Assembly: GCF_902459465.1 (NCBI RefSeq)
Contig: NC_047067.1
Location: forward strand, 19,964,001 to 20,028,000
Source: Asterias rubens
Taxonomy: Eukaryota
Length of the DNA: 64,000 nt
Direction of reading: 5' to 3'
Shown: positions 1-10,834 of the stretch, piece after piece
Layout of the letters: each line of letters starts with the position of its first letter
Numbering within the stretch: position 1 is the first letter of the stretch
Translations under genes and position numbers: made by a program
Notes under the pieces: model-generated
Database searches by the model: none
What the model saw: the letters and a program-made list of their open reading frames with translations, nothing else
Told to the model about the DNA's origin: nothing

Positions 1-2008
1 TGATTTTCACTAACTTCTTCTGACTCACACAATGGATTAAAGCCAAATATTTACAGGTTTGTTTGTCTACTAAGCACACAAACCTTTAACACTCTGTGGC
101 TACTTTCAGCTTTTCCAATCCTGTATAATACCTTTAAGTTGAGTTGTATTTTAGTTATACATTAAACGAGTTTTTAAAAGTAATTAAACATTAATTATTT
201 ACAAGCTAAATTTTGTTTTGATATTGAGCAATGTTTTACTTAAGATGTTTAGTCTGGTCACTCATTTTAAAACGAGAAGTGCTGCCACAATGTGTACAAG
301 GAACTTGCAGGAATTCTGCAGTTTGATGAAAGTAGTTTTCTTCAAAGTGTAATTTGAACGTGTAAATAGTTTTACTATTGTTGAGAGCAGAACAGCTTTT
401 GTGCCACTGCATTTCAATTAGAAAGCATCCAGTGTCCAAACTCCCCAAAACCTTTGACACCAGCACCAAAAATACAATTTAACACAACTAGTCAAAAACT
501 TTCACAATTTCTTGTAACTGTTAACTTTGCAGTCAACAAATCACATAAAATAAGGGTGCTTGGGCAGAAAGTCACTATAAGGCCCCTTATGTTCTTGAAA
601 TCAAGTACCTGTAATATTGATGTAATATGTAATATTAAAAAATGTGAAAATTGTTTTTCGCCAGTTGTAGTTTTGTCGAAACGGTTACTTCAATTGCTTT
701 CAATTAAAAAGATGCACCTTGAGTTTAATGGGAAGGGACCTTTGGTAATCACTCTTAAAATTAATGGCATCAAAAACTTTGGTGAGAAGAAGCCTACATC
801 ATGTAGTGTAAAGCATGTTGAGGAATATTTTGATTCAAAGAAATGTGGTTGCGTGGAAAGATGTTAGATTTTATGCTCCAAAATTTGAATCTGAAAAGCG
901 TTATTGCGATAACCCTTCCCAGATTGTGTATTTATATTACAGATTGCTCTGCCTGCGTGTATGTGTGTGTGGGGGGGGGGGGTAATGAAGGCACATGCCC
1001 TTCAAGTTTTGCAGTGCCGGTGTCCCAGGGAATTCTGTCCGTCTGAGATTCTGCCCCCACTCCTGGGAAATAACATAGAAGAAGATGATTCAAAAGAGTG
1101 CGCTAAGAAGAAATTTGTACAGTTCTCCCACAAAAATCTTCTGTCACCCCCCTTCCCCGGAAAGAAAATAGATTGAAATCACAGAAAAAAAGGTTTAAAC
1201 AAAGTAACCACCACCCCCCCCCCCCACCCCACACTGACAAACCCGTCACCCCCTAAAACTCCTGGTAATGCCACTGGTCCGAATGGTGCTTTTAATTGCA
1301 ATTCAAAATACACAAAATAAAGCAGTCGTGTTAGTTGAAGGTGGTCACAGGACACTTTTTACGAGCCTATTTCCATTTATAAACTATTTTTATAAATTAG
1401 CGCAGACAATAGCCTACCAAGCACGGCCAAGTGCCAATACAAGTGTATCATTTGCGACTCGTATCTCGTTATTTTTTTGCTTAGCAGAATAATTTCTGCT
1501 AAAGCAGCTCTATATGACATTGTCACAGGTATGTCCTTCATGTGGGTAGTTATGAGCTGAAGGATCAAAAAGGGCGATAAGTGAACTCCCGTTAGCAATC
1601 AATGCTAATGATATTAAAAACCACTTGAATAATTCCCAAAACAAAAAACCTCACAGCCTCTTGAAAACCAATCAAATATTTTATAATAATCAGACCATTA
1701 AACCTCAGATTTCATTTCAATTTTTTGACCAGAAAGTTTTGGGAGTGGCAAAAACCAAAGTTTAGAGGCCTCATTTTTTTAGGATTTGAAAACAGGCTCT
1801 CAACATCAACTTGAATAACAAAATCAATGGGTATGAAGATTTGTATTATTGCTTGATGGAAAACATGCCACCACGGAGAAATTTCATACAAATGTTGGCT
1901 GTCTTAGAAAAACACCCAGAAATTGTGTTTCACCCCATACCGACATTCTGCCCGATTTTTAATTCATCACACTGTCAGTGCTCTCCTAACTTCACAGCCA
2001 TCGGTTTA

Positions 2009-4035
2009 TTAACGGTCTCATTATATAGCGCCCTCTAACGGGTGAGGAGGTCAGCCTAGACTGGTTCCCTTTCTTTAACTGGTATCCGCAATCATAAAGA
2101 CAGGCACTTCTCTAGTAGCAATGATTTCATTGGATAACGTTCGGTGACGTAAGCTTTCCTTTATGTGCTGTGATTGGTCCGAGGTGACGTAGTTTGCAAG
2201 CAGCTTTTTACACACTTTCGGTCGTCTGCTCTCTGTTTGCGCGGCAAGTGTGATGCAAGCAGAGTAGTGTGCATAATATTATTGTATTGTAGTTGACAAT
2301 GAATATTGTTTTAACGACTACATAGTGTGTGTACATTGTGTGAACAGGTGCTAACATACTCTAATTAATTAATTGTGGTGAACGCCCAAAAAGCTATGCC
2401 TATGGCCGCCTATTTTCTTGTTGATCCGGAAATACTTAAGCATATTATTTTGTCTACGTACGACGAACTTACCGACAAGGTTTCCAACAGTAACACCAAG
2501 GGTTCAGACACGCATAAACAATCAGTCGAGTACCCACCCATCTCTTCCCCAAATTCCTAAGCAGGATAATATTAAATCCACATCCACGCACTGTATGATC
2601 TCCTGATGGGCCTCGTCAAAAACATCGTTGCACGGGACCATGGAGAGTTAATCTATTTGATAACTCGGCAACTGTAAATCTCCATAGCATTGGTCAGAAG
2701 TGTCTCGAGTTTAATTAACGGTCTCCTTAGATAGCGCCCTCCGACAACTTCGGATTTTTAGTTCAGTTAACGGTCTTCTTATATAGCGCCCCCACCGGAG
2801 GAGAAGGTCAGCCTAGGCTGGTCCCCTATCTTTAGCTGGTATCCGCAAGGATAACGACACGCACTGGTCTACTTGTAGATGCAATGATTTCATTGGATAT
2901 CGTGCGGTGACGTAAGCTTTACATGTGTTGTGATTGGTCCGAGGTGACGTAGTTTTCTAGCACTTTTAATGACACACTATCGGTCGTCTGCTCTCTGCTG
3001 TGGCATGCTTGTGATTCAAAGTGTGCATCTATTGTATAATATTATTATTATTTGACAATGTAATGTTGTTTTATTGATATTGTAAATTAATGACGTGTGG
3101 TGAACGCGCAAGAAGCTAGTCGCCCAATATTCTTGCTTAAAAGCATATTATTTTTCTACTGTGTCACTGACAAACAACTTACCGATAAGGTTTCCATCCA
3201 TCACCAGTTACTGCTACAGACACGGATAAAACTTCGACACCGATTCAGTAAATTCCATGTAAACTGTAATGCCCACCTCTTCCAATTTCTAAACACTTTA
3301 ACCCACGCACTGGGCTCCTGGCGAGCCTCCCTCGTCACTAGACATCACACTCCTACCGGGACCACGGAGAGTTAAGTTATTGGATAACTCGGCAACTGTT
3401 TATTTTTTATCCATAAAGTAATGGTCAGAATTGAAGTATCTTATTTTTTTAACGGTCTCCTTATATAGCGCCCTCCAACGACTTCAGTTGTTTAGTATAG
3501 TTAACGGTCTCCTTATATACCGCCCCCAACGGAGGAGAAGGTCAGCCTAGGCTGGTCCCCTATCTTTAACTGGTAACCGCAATGATAAGATCATATAACT
3601 CTATGGATAAGATACACTGGTCTAGTCTACAAGCCCAATGAAGACGCAATGATTTCATTGGATAACGTGCAGTGACGCTAGCGTTCCATCTGTGTTATGA
3701 TTGGTCAAAGTGTGTAGGCACGTCAGCTTGGCACGTGCTTTCCCGTGCTGCCTGTGAGTGAGGCTGTTCTGATGTGCGCATGTGCAATTATAAATATTAA
3801 ACTAGTTTCAGTCTTTTATCCGTTACTACGCACACGCACTCCCTGATGGATTGAGGGCGCTATATAAGGAGACCGTTAACTAAACTAAACTACTTAGTTC
3901 GTAGGGGGCGCTATATAAGGAGACCGATAACTAAACTAAACTGTCTTATTTGTAGGAGGGCGCTATATAAGGAGACCGTAAACTAAACTAAGACACTTCT
4001 GACCAACGGGAGCGCTACTTACGGGGACCGTTAAC
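2009..4035. repeat. Composite repeat: three approx 730-bp head-to-tail partial units plus an inverted end, carrying 9 copies of AACGGTCTCCTTATATAGCGCCC
   Basis: Direct motif copies at 2011, 2717, 2769, 3451, 3503. Inverted copies at 3855, 3906, 3958 and about 4008 (degenerate). TTGGTCAGAAGTGTCT at about 2691 is inverted at about 3991. Unit bodies align (GGTCAGCCTAGGCTGG, GCAATGATTTCATTGGATA, TGATTGGTC, GTGGTGAACGC). Confidence 0.85.
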
Positions 4036-4520
4036 TAAAAATGCATAGTTGCTTGAGTTGTCCATCTTCTTTTTAAAACACTGTTGATTAATTTTGCATC
4101 AACAAGTTATGATATGCTGGCGATATATCATGAACACCACTCTCGGTGGAGAGCTACGCATCTTACAATACTACTAGTACGTGTGAGTGTGGACAGTAGT
4201 AAATTAGTTTTACTTTTAATTCAAGTTGTAAAAACTCTGTCTATATATAAGTAATATTAATAAGAAGAGTAAGTAAGACAGACTCTCTAATTTAACTTGT
4301 CATGCACTTGTCTTGTTCTCAACTTCATTAATTTTTTCATGCGCATTTTATTTTAGTTCATGATGAAAAAGAAAGAAGCTAAAAAAATTAACTTTTATTA
4401 AAAAGTATTTCTATATTTGAATTTGATAAAAATTAATTTCAGTTAATGTGAGTGGGTTGGCATGGGCTCATCAGACTTCATTTTTCCAAATAAAGCCAAG
4501 AAATTTTCGTCAAGATCAAC

Positions 4521-4538
4521 GGGGGGGGGGGGGGGGGG
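4521..4538 (+). repeat. Poly-G tract (18 G)
   Basis: Direct reading. A shorter G run lies at about 970-982 and C runs at about 1215-1230. Confidence 0.9.
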
Positions 4539-7282
4539 CATTGCTCAATATCCAAGTTCAGAGGCGTTGGGAAATGGGTTTGTCAATGTCATGGGTGGGG
4601 GGAGGGCTCATACTATTACTTCAGAAGGCATATGACTGCAAGGGGCAACCTACTTCTACCTAGCAGATGTTTACTCCCTAGTGTCAAAATTGAAGAAATC
4701 ACCCAGTCAAGTAAGACATGACTAAATTATGAATGAGGATCGAAGGAACAATTTGATACAATTAAAAGATACAAAATGAGAACGTTTGCATCAAAAAGTC
4801 AGAATCGAAAAGCCCGAAATCAAAACTCCAACTCTTATACAAAGCGATTCTGACGCATCATCTTCTTGAAACAGAAGCTGCATTTCCAATTTGACACTGA
4901 ATAAATTTTATTAACAAACTTTGTTTTTTACTAGCAGTTCGTGACGCATCGAGACTAGCAATTCAAGATGCATTAAGACAGCGGGCTACCAGACCAGCTT
5001 GAGATCTACCTCAGTGGACTTCGACTCCGGTAAGCCTAAACAACTTAAAAGTTTCAAGTTTTGACTTCAAATCTTTCATGGTACAAGCTCATCGGCAATT
5101 CAAGAAGAACAACAAAGGAACACAACATCCTCAAAATTTAATTGTGGACTCGTGATTTGTTCTGATGATTTGGTTTTTTTAAATTTCTAAGTGGTATGTT
5201 TTCCATCAAGCAACCATAGCAATTTTTAAAACTTCTTGATTATTTTCAAAATCAGCTCCAGTGTGAGCTTTACTCTCTAGACTTCACACTCGAAAAACTT
5301 CCTGGTCAGAATATTGATCTGAATTAGATCCATGGGGCCTGAACCATTTGTGGGTTAGTATGACCTAGAAATGGTTCAAAGACTGAAACAGAATTCCAAA
5401 TTAAAATCACACTTTTTAATCACTAAGGGGTCAGGCCTCCTGGGACCTGGTCGATTTAACAAAACTCTTCCTAACTTAGGATTAGTAAGACCTAGGCTAT
5501 ACTAAGAGATAGGGCAAGTCTTAAGTTAAGACCTGTTGCTGGTTTCAAGTTTAACCCGTTTAAATGGTTTTATACTATAGTCAAGGTTTTCGGAAACACC
5601 ATGTGAAAATCTCTTTTGAGAAGTGTTTGTTCTGAAAAGAACCGGTGGTTGGTTTAAGAACTGACTCGTCAAAAGAGATTTTCTCATCGTGTTTTAACGA
5701 TTCAAAGTTTCAAATCCTACTGGTTTTAATCAAGTTATTGTTCTTTGTTTCATTTTCAGCAGAAGCAACTACTCTGGCTTTTGAGATGTCTGGAGTTGCC
5801 CTATACACTGGGAGTACTCGGGCATGGATCATGCACCAAGAGCTCAAAGGACCCCTTCAAGTCTAATCTGGACAAGTTCTCCAACTTGGGACCCATTTCG
5901 TTGAGCTGCGAAGCATAAAATACTGATTTGCAACTTTTTTGCTCTTAGTAAAATTTAGCAGGATACCAGTCACAGGTGCTTTTTTGGCCGCTAATCTTTT
6001 TCTGGTAAGAAAAATTTGCAACATGAACTGTACAACCCATGTGTACATACAAGGAAATCAACAGGATTTCTGCACTTTGATAAAAGTAGTTTTCTAGAAA
6101 GTGTAAGTTCCTCAATGATGTTTACTATGTGTACCTGAAACATGCACAACCCTAGTGCAAACCCTGCGGATACTGTGGGGTTGTTTGAGTCGTCCCTGTG
6201 GAAACACAGAGGGGACTTTGTTGGGTCCCTGTGAAAAAACTGCGGCGGGTCAATGTTGAAACCATTGGTGTATGATTACACTTTGGAGATAACAATAAGA
6301 AGTACATGTAGATTTCCAATTTCCACTCTGCTATTTGGGTATACTGTACACATATAAACTATACAAACTATATAAACTATGTGTTGGCACTGTGTGAAAG
6401 ATTCAGATTCATATAACTGCCCAGCAGTTGCCCTAGGAAAATCTTGTCCCCTGGGGGTATTTCTGTCCCAAAAAGCTGAAAGAGGTTGAATCAAAAGAGG
6501 GCGCTATCAGAAGAGGTTTGTACACAGTTCGCCATCACTGGGCACAACATGTCCTGCCACACAGTCTATAGTAATAACAGATGCATTTACGATGAAAAGT
6601 TCATTTATTTTCCTTTTATTGGTTTCTTCAAAGCCAAAGCCTACTTTCTGTTGAACACAAGATGTTTTTAAAGTTAACATAAACCATGATTTGGAATGCA
6701 ATTTTGAAATAACTAGATTTTTTACTCCTCAAACTTAAAAACTTATATTCCTACTATTTACTACTCTGCATAATGAAGAAATATTCTACATCTGGTTTAA
6801 CATTGATCAATAAATATTATAGATAAATAATCATTATTATAATGATGGCGTCATAATTCAAAGATGTTGAAAAGTATATACATTTACGAAATACATCCAT
6901 CCCGTATACTACTGTATCTCGATGGAGTTAATTTGCCCCCCTACCCCACACCCAACGTCCACAGCAGTTGGTGGAAGCTTTTCACCACCTTCTTCTCTGA
7001 CTAGGCAAATTATTCCTATGGACACACTTTTCCAGAAGCATCTCACACTCATACGAGAGGTACGACAAAACTTGGTCAAGCCTTTGCACATATTCCCAAA
7101 CACTCACTCCCTGTAAATCAGTCATTTCATTCATTATTTTAGTGTGGTGAAGAGAGACAGCTCGGATTATCCTTACAATCACGGTCAGGGATGTGAAATT
7201 GAAACAAAAATGGAATAACAGTCAAGACATAGTTCAGCATGATTTTACTTAATGATACCTGCATAGCCTACATAACAAGAGG

Positions 7283-7533
7283 CACTCTAAAATCTCCTGG
7301 GTCAGAATAATATTGACCCGGATTCCGGGTGATGGAGCTGACCCATTTCTAGGTCAGGTTGGCCAAGAAACATGGTTTAAAATTGGGGTCTTAACTCAGT
7401 GTGTACTTGACCCTTTTCTGGGTCATCAAGACTCATTTTCTGGGTCAGTATGACCCAGAAATGGGTCAGGCATCAGACACCAGGCACTGGACTCTGAATG
7501 TGGATCAATTCTGACCCGGAAGTTTTAAGATTG
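7283..7533. mobile_element. MITE with CACTCT-AAAA-type TIRs (EnSpm/CACTA-like); related copies near 5284, 9455-9800 (RGP intron) and 11265-11455
   Basis: Left end CACTCTAAAATCTCCTGGGTCAGAAT; right end ATTCTGACCCGGAAGTTTTAAGATTG. Internal TGACCC/GGGTCA repeats. Confidence 0.6.
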
Positions 7534-7603
7534 TACCAAAAGCCTAAAAGTGGAGAACTGTCACAGTGTGCCTCCATCTTCACTCAACATAGACCCTGAT
7601 AGT

Positions 7604-7760
7604 TTCAAAACCACAGCTTTCGCTTCGGCTCCCGAAGCCCTGTCCCAGGTGGCTTGTGGCTCAGGCTTGATAAGCTCCGTCTGTCTGTTTGAAGACGTGT
7701 GAGAGAAAGTGCTAAGCCCAAGCCTAAGCCGGAAGCCTAAGCCCAAGCCGTGGTTTGGAA
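7604..7760. mobile_element. Short inverted-repeat element (MITE)
   Basis: TTCAAAACCACAGCTTTCGCTTCGGCT pairs with the reverse complement of AGCCTAAGCCCAAGCCGTGGTTTGGAA. Confidence 0.6.
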
Positions 7761-7953
7761 GAGCCTAATCATTTAACACTGGCGTGTCATTGCACTCGCC
7801 CCCACAAAAACACTCCACGATCTTATCACTCGATCTCAAATTCCAGCAAAGCGTTTTCGTACAGGTTACAAACAAAGGTCTCAGATCTGTTTGGTATACA
7901 ACGTCTCTGTTCACATAGGGGGAGCATTCAATGAGAAAATGCTGTGTAGACCT

Positions 7954-8060
7954 TGACCGCCATCTTTGATATTGTGCACGTGCGAAAGGCTATTATTGGC
8001 TGATTGTGTGCAGCGCGTACTCGCGTGCACTTTTCCATTGTACACCAAAGATGGTGGTCA
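7954..8060. mobile_element. 107-bp hairpin MITE
   Basis: TGACCGCCATCTTTG (7954-7968) vs CAAAGATGGTGGTCA (8046-8060), 14/15 inverted match. Confidence 0.6.
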
Positions 8061-8330
8061 GCGACGTCATGTTTTTAAATTATAGTTGAACTTAAGTATT
8101 TACAAAAAATACCCTATATAGCAGAGTCTTTTTTCGAAGGCTAAATGACCGAGAAAGGATGGATTGTGCTTGGGTCAAAACGTCATACAGGCATAGCTCT
8201 ATGCATACAGGCCATAAACTATTTGTTGCTTTTTTAGTTTTTTTTTAAATAGGCCTATCATATCTTATGCAGAGGTCATTTTGGTCGGTAAAGCATTTTA
8301 AAGCGAGTAATTATATTTTTTTCGTAATTA

Positions 8331-8336
8331 TTTATT
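8331..8336 (-). terminator. Candidate RGP polyadenylation signal AATAAA
   Basis: TTTATT on plus at 8331-8336, about 500 nt past the RGP stop codon. Confidence 0.4.
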
Positions 8337-8836
8337 TGAGAGTCAAATTCCTTACTTCCCGTTTCTGACAGTTGTCTTTTTCTTAACCCTCTTTTTAACA
8401 AGAGATAGGGTTCGTTGATGAACAATAGACCCCTTGTATACATGTAAAACGTAACAGAGGTCACGTACACGTAAGAACAGCTTTCGTCCATCCAATTGCC
8501 TTCTTAGCCTTCGTGAGGTCACTTTTTGGCCACAGTGAGGGCACTGGGCAAGGGTGACGCCATTGGGAAGGGGTCGATAAGTACTTCATTGCATCTCTGA
8601 TAAAAAGCCACCCATGAAATAGTCAACTAAATATCCTTATACGTCGCTTATTATCATAGAGCATAGAGCAGGGACAATAGAAATTGCAAAAATTACTTAC
8701 TTTGGGGCTGTTCCAACCATGTGGTTGGGCTATGCTTAAATTTGTTCATGACAAAGCTATTAATAGAACTGGAGTGTTGGGTGTGTTCCGTTGTCAAGGG
8801 GTTTCAAAAAGTGGTAATGGGGGATTTCTTTAAGTT

Positions 8837-8982
8837 TTAGCAGACTTGTGATAGTTGGTCACGTGTGCACCCCACCAAACAGCAGTAGGATCCCATTCCA
8901 ACGTAAGTCTCAGGTCTCTTCTGCATAGTCAGGAAAAAGTCGTCGTCTTGTCGGGGAGATCCAGCGGTCCGTTTTGAGTTAC
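8837..8982 (-). CDS. RGP: RGP second coding exon (C-peptide end and A chain)
   Basis: 146 nt = 2 nt + 48 codons ending TGC TAA. Missed by the ORF track because it lacks its own start codon in range. Confidence 0.95.
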
Positions 8983-10014
8983 CTGAAAAAGGAAATTGGA
9001 AAGAAAATATTTGAAAATAAATAAAATGGATCCCCTTTATAGAAGTTTGTTTTCAAGTAATAAAACATGATCCTTGAAGTGCAATCTTTACAATGTTTTC
9101 CGCACAACTTTGAATGAAAGTCTTTAAATTTTACAACTGCAGTAATAATCCAGTGAGGTTTGTGGAGACACCAAGTCCCTTCATGTGTTGTGATGGTTCT
9201 GAGCATTCGGTGGTTTAAAGGGAAGGGGAAACGTTTGCCTATCACTCTTAAAATCAATGGCAACACACATCTTTGGTTAGAAGCCTAAAACAGCTTTCGA
9301 TAGTATACAGCACTTTGAGAAATTAATGTAGTTATGATAAAAACACATTTAGTTCCTATGCCTCAAAGTGTGAATCTGAAAAGCATTAATTCAGTCACAC
9401 TTCTCAGATTGTATATTTCTATTACTAGAGATTATTCTTCTTGCGTGGACATTTATCCGCTCCGGATTTTCGGGTTAAAATTGGTTCCAGAATAACCGTG
9501 GTTCTCCTGAGAATACGAAGTATCTAAAAAAGAACCATTGATTGTGGTTCTTCACCTTTTTCTTCCTGCAGTCTGCCAACTCCCGGGTTAAAATTTACCC
9601 GGATTTCGGGTCCCCTTTGGACTGACCTATTTTGGGTCAGTTTGACCCTGAATTTGTTTCATCATGATCCACAAAAGTGTGTAAAACTGGCGCAGAATCC
9701 GTCTTAAAATCACACTTTTTAAACCAGCCGGGTCAGTCTGATTCCAATATGAGTCCGGCCCCCTGGGACCCGGAATACGGGTCAACTCTGACCTACACAG
9801 GGGTCCAAAATATCAAGTTAGAAAACTCACTTCGGAAAAAGTCGTTCAAGCTGAAGGCGGATCTCCCACTGCGCTTGTGCTCTGTACACGTTCTGTAGAC
9901 GGCCATGTGGAAATCCTCATCGCAGTATTTTTCAGCAGCCTCGGCGTAGAGGGCGGTGTTTATAAGGAGGACAAGGAGACAGGTGGCCTCGAGGATGAGA
10001 CGGTAGTTTGCCAT
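8837..10014 (-). CDS. RGP: Relaxin-like gonad-stimulating peptide (RGP/GSS) precursor, 109 aa, 2 coding exons (10014-9831, 8982-8837)
   Basis: Spliced translation MANYRLILEATCLLVLLINTALYAEA|AEKYCDEDFHMAVYRTCTEH-KR-SGRSAFSLNDFFRSNS-KR-TAGSPRQDDDFFLTMQ-KR-PETYVGMGSYCCLVGCTRDQLSQVC*. It has a signal peptide, a B chain with 2 Cys, an A chain with CCxxxCx8C and dibasic cleavage sites. The phase-1 intron has a GTGAGT donor (9830-9825) and a TTTTTCAG acceptor (AG at 8984-8983). Matches my recollection of Asterias RGP. Confidence 0.97.
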
Positions 10015-10021
10015 TTTTTAC
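9831..10021 (-). CDS. RGP: RGP first coding exon (7 nt UTR, signal peptide, B chain, start of C peptide), preceded by a splice acceptor
   Basis: ATG at 10014-10012. TTCCTTCTCTAG acceptor (AG at 10023-10022) directly upstream, implying an upstream non-coding exon. Confidence 0.9.
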
Positions 10022-10803
10022 CTAGAGAAGGAAAACATACATTTTTCAGTCGACAACCACCATTTTAGCATTCACTGTCAGGCATAATATCACATAATGA
10101 CAGAATCTTCATGAATACATCCACAATGGAATCGACAGTAATTAAATTTGTTTTAAGAATTACATTTTGAGGAGCAAAGCTTGCTTTAACTTCATAATAC
10201 CCATCCCTTTGGATGGGACACTAAGATGTAGGTTCCGTGTACCAGGGTTGGTAAGGGACATAACAGAAGCTACACTAGAACACTTATCATTGAAAAGTTA
10301 AAGGGTCAACCTCGGTGTTTCTGGTTCATTACAAGTACCAACAATGTTAATGTTTCCGCAGGCTTGTGAGCTATAATGGTTAAGTTCACTACTAGGCATC
10401 CTTCAGGTCTCATCAATGGAAATTTAAGCAAATGACTTTCAAAATATAACGGTAATTTCATATACGGAGCTTTGGAATTGCCATCCGACTATAAGGCCAA
10501 TAGAGATAGTTATCGCAGCTATGATGACGACATCTTGACATCCATTGTATACAATCCTCTGAGCTAAAGGCCTCCGACCTCAAAACAACTGAGCAGGTGT
10601 TCATCTATGTAGAGCATAAAAATACAAAGATTAAACACCAAGTAATAGTAACTACTTCCAACTGAATGTACATCACACATTAAAAATACCACGCGAAGAT
10701 TTCTGTATCGCTTGTTTTGCTCAACCGGAAAACCTCGGCACCATACTCTATTTCAAGGTTTGAACACTTTGAAATGGTGTCATAAATGCGCGCCCTTTTC
10801 AGA

Positions 10804-10834
10804 TGACGTACGGCAAATGTGGCTCGTGACGTCA
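10804..10834. promoter_or_regulatory. CRE palindrome TGACGTCA (10827-10834) plus TGACGTA half-site (10804-10810) upstream of RGP
   Basis: Motif read directly, about 0.8 kb upstream of the RGP ATG in a locally CpG-rich patch. Confidence 0.45.

Noticed and set aside
6982-7182. Minus-strand ORF with a TTTACAG acceptor (GVSVWEYVQRLDQVLSYLSYECEMLLEKC...)
   Set aside because: Weak pyrimidine tract, no upstream in-phase exon and no recognisable family. A BLASTx hit would overturn this.
7561-7746. ORF that looked like a terminal exon
   Set aside because: It lies mostly within an inverted-repeat MITE (7604-7760).
8695-8700. GTAAGT donor in the RGP 3' UTR (possible NMD-triggering intron)
   Set aside because: A single hexamer is expected by chance in about 500 nt of AT-rich sequence, and no convincing partner acceptor was found.
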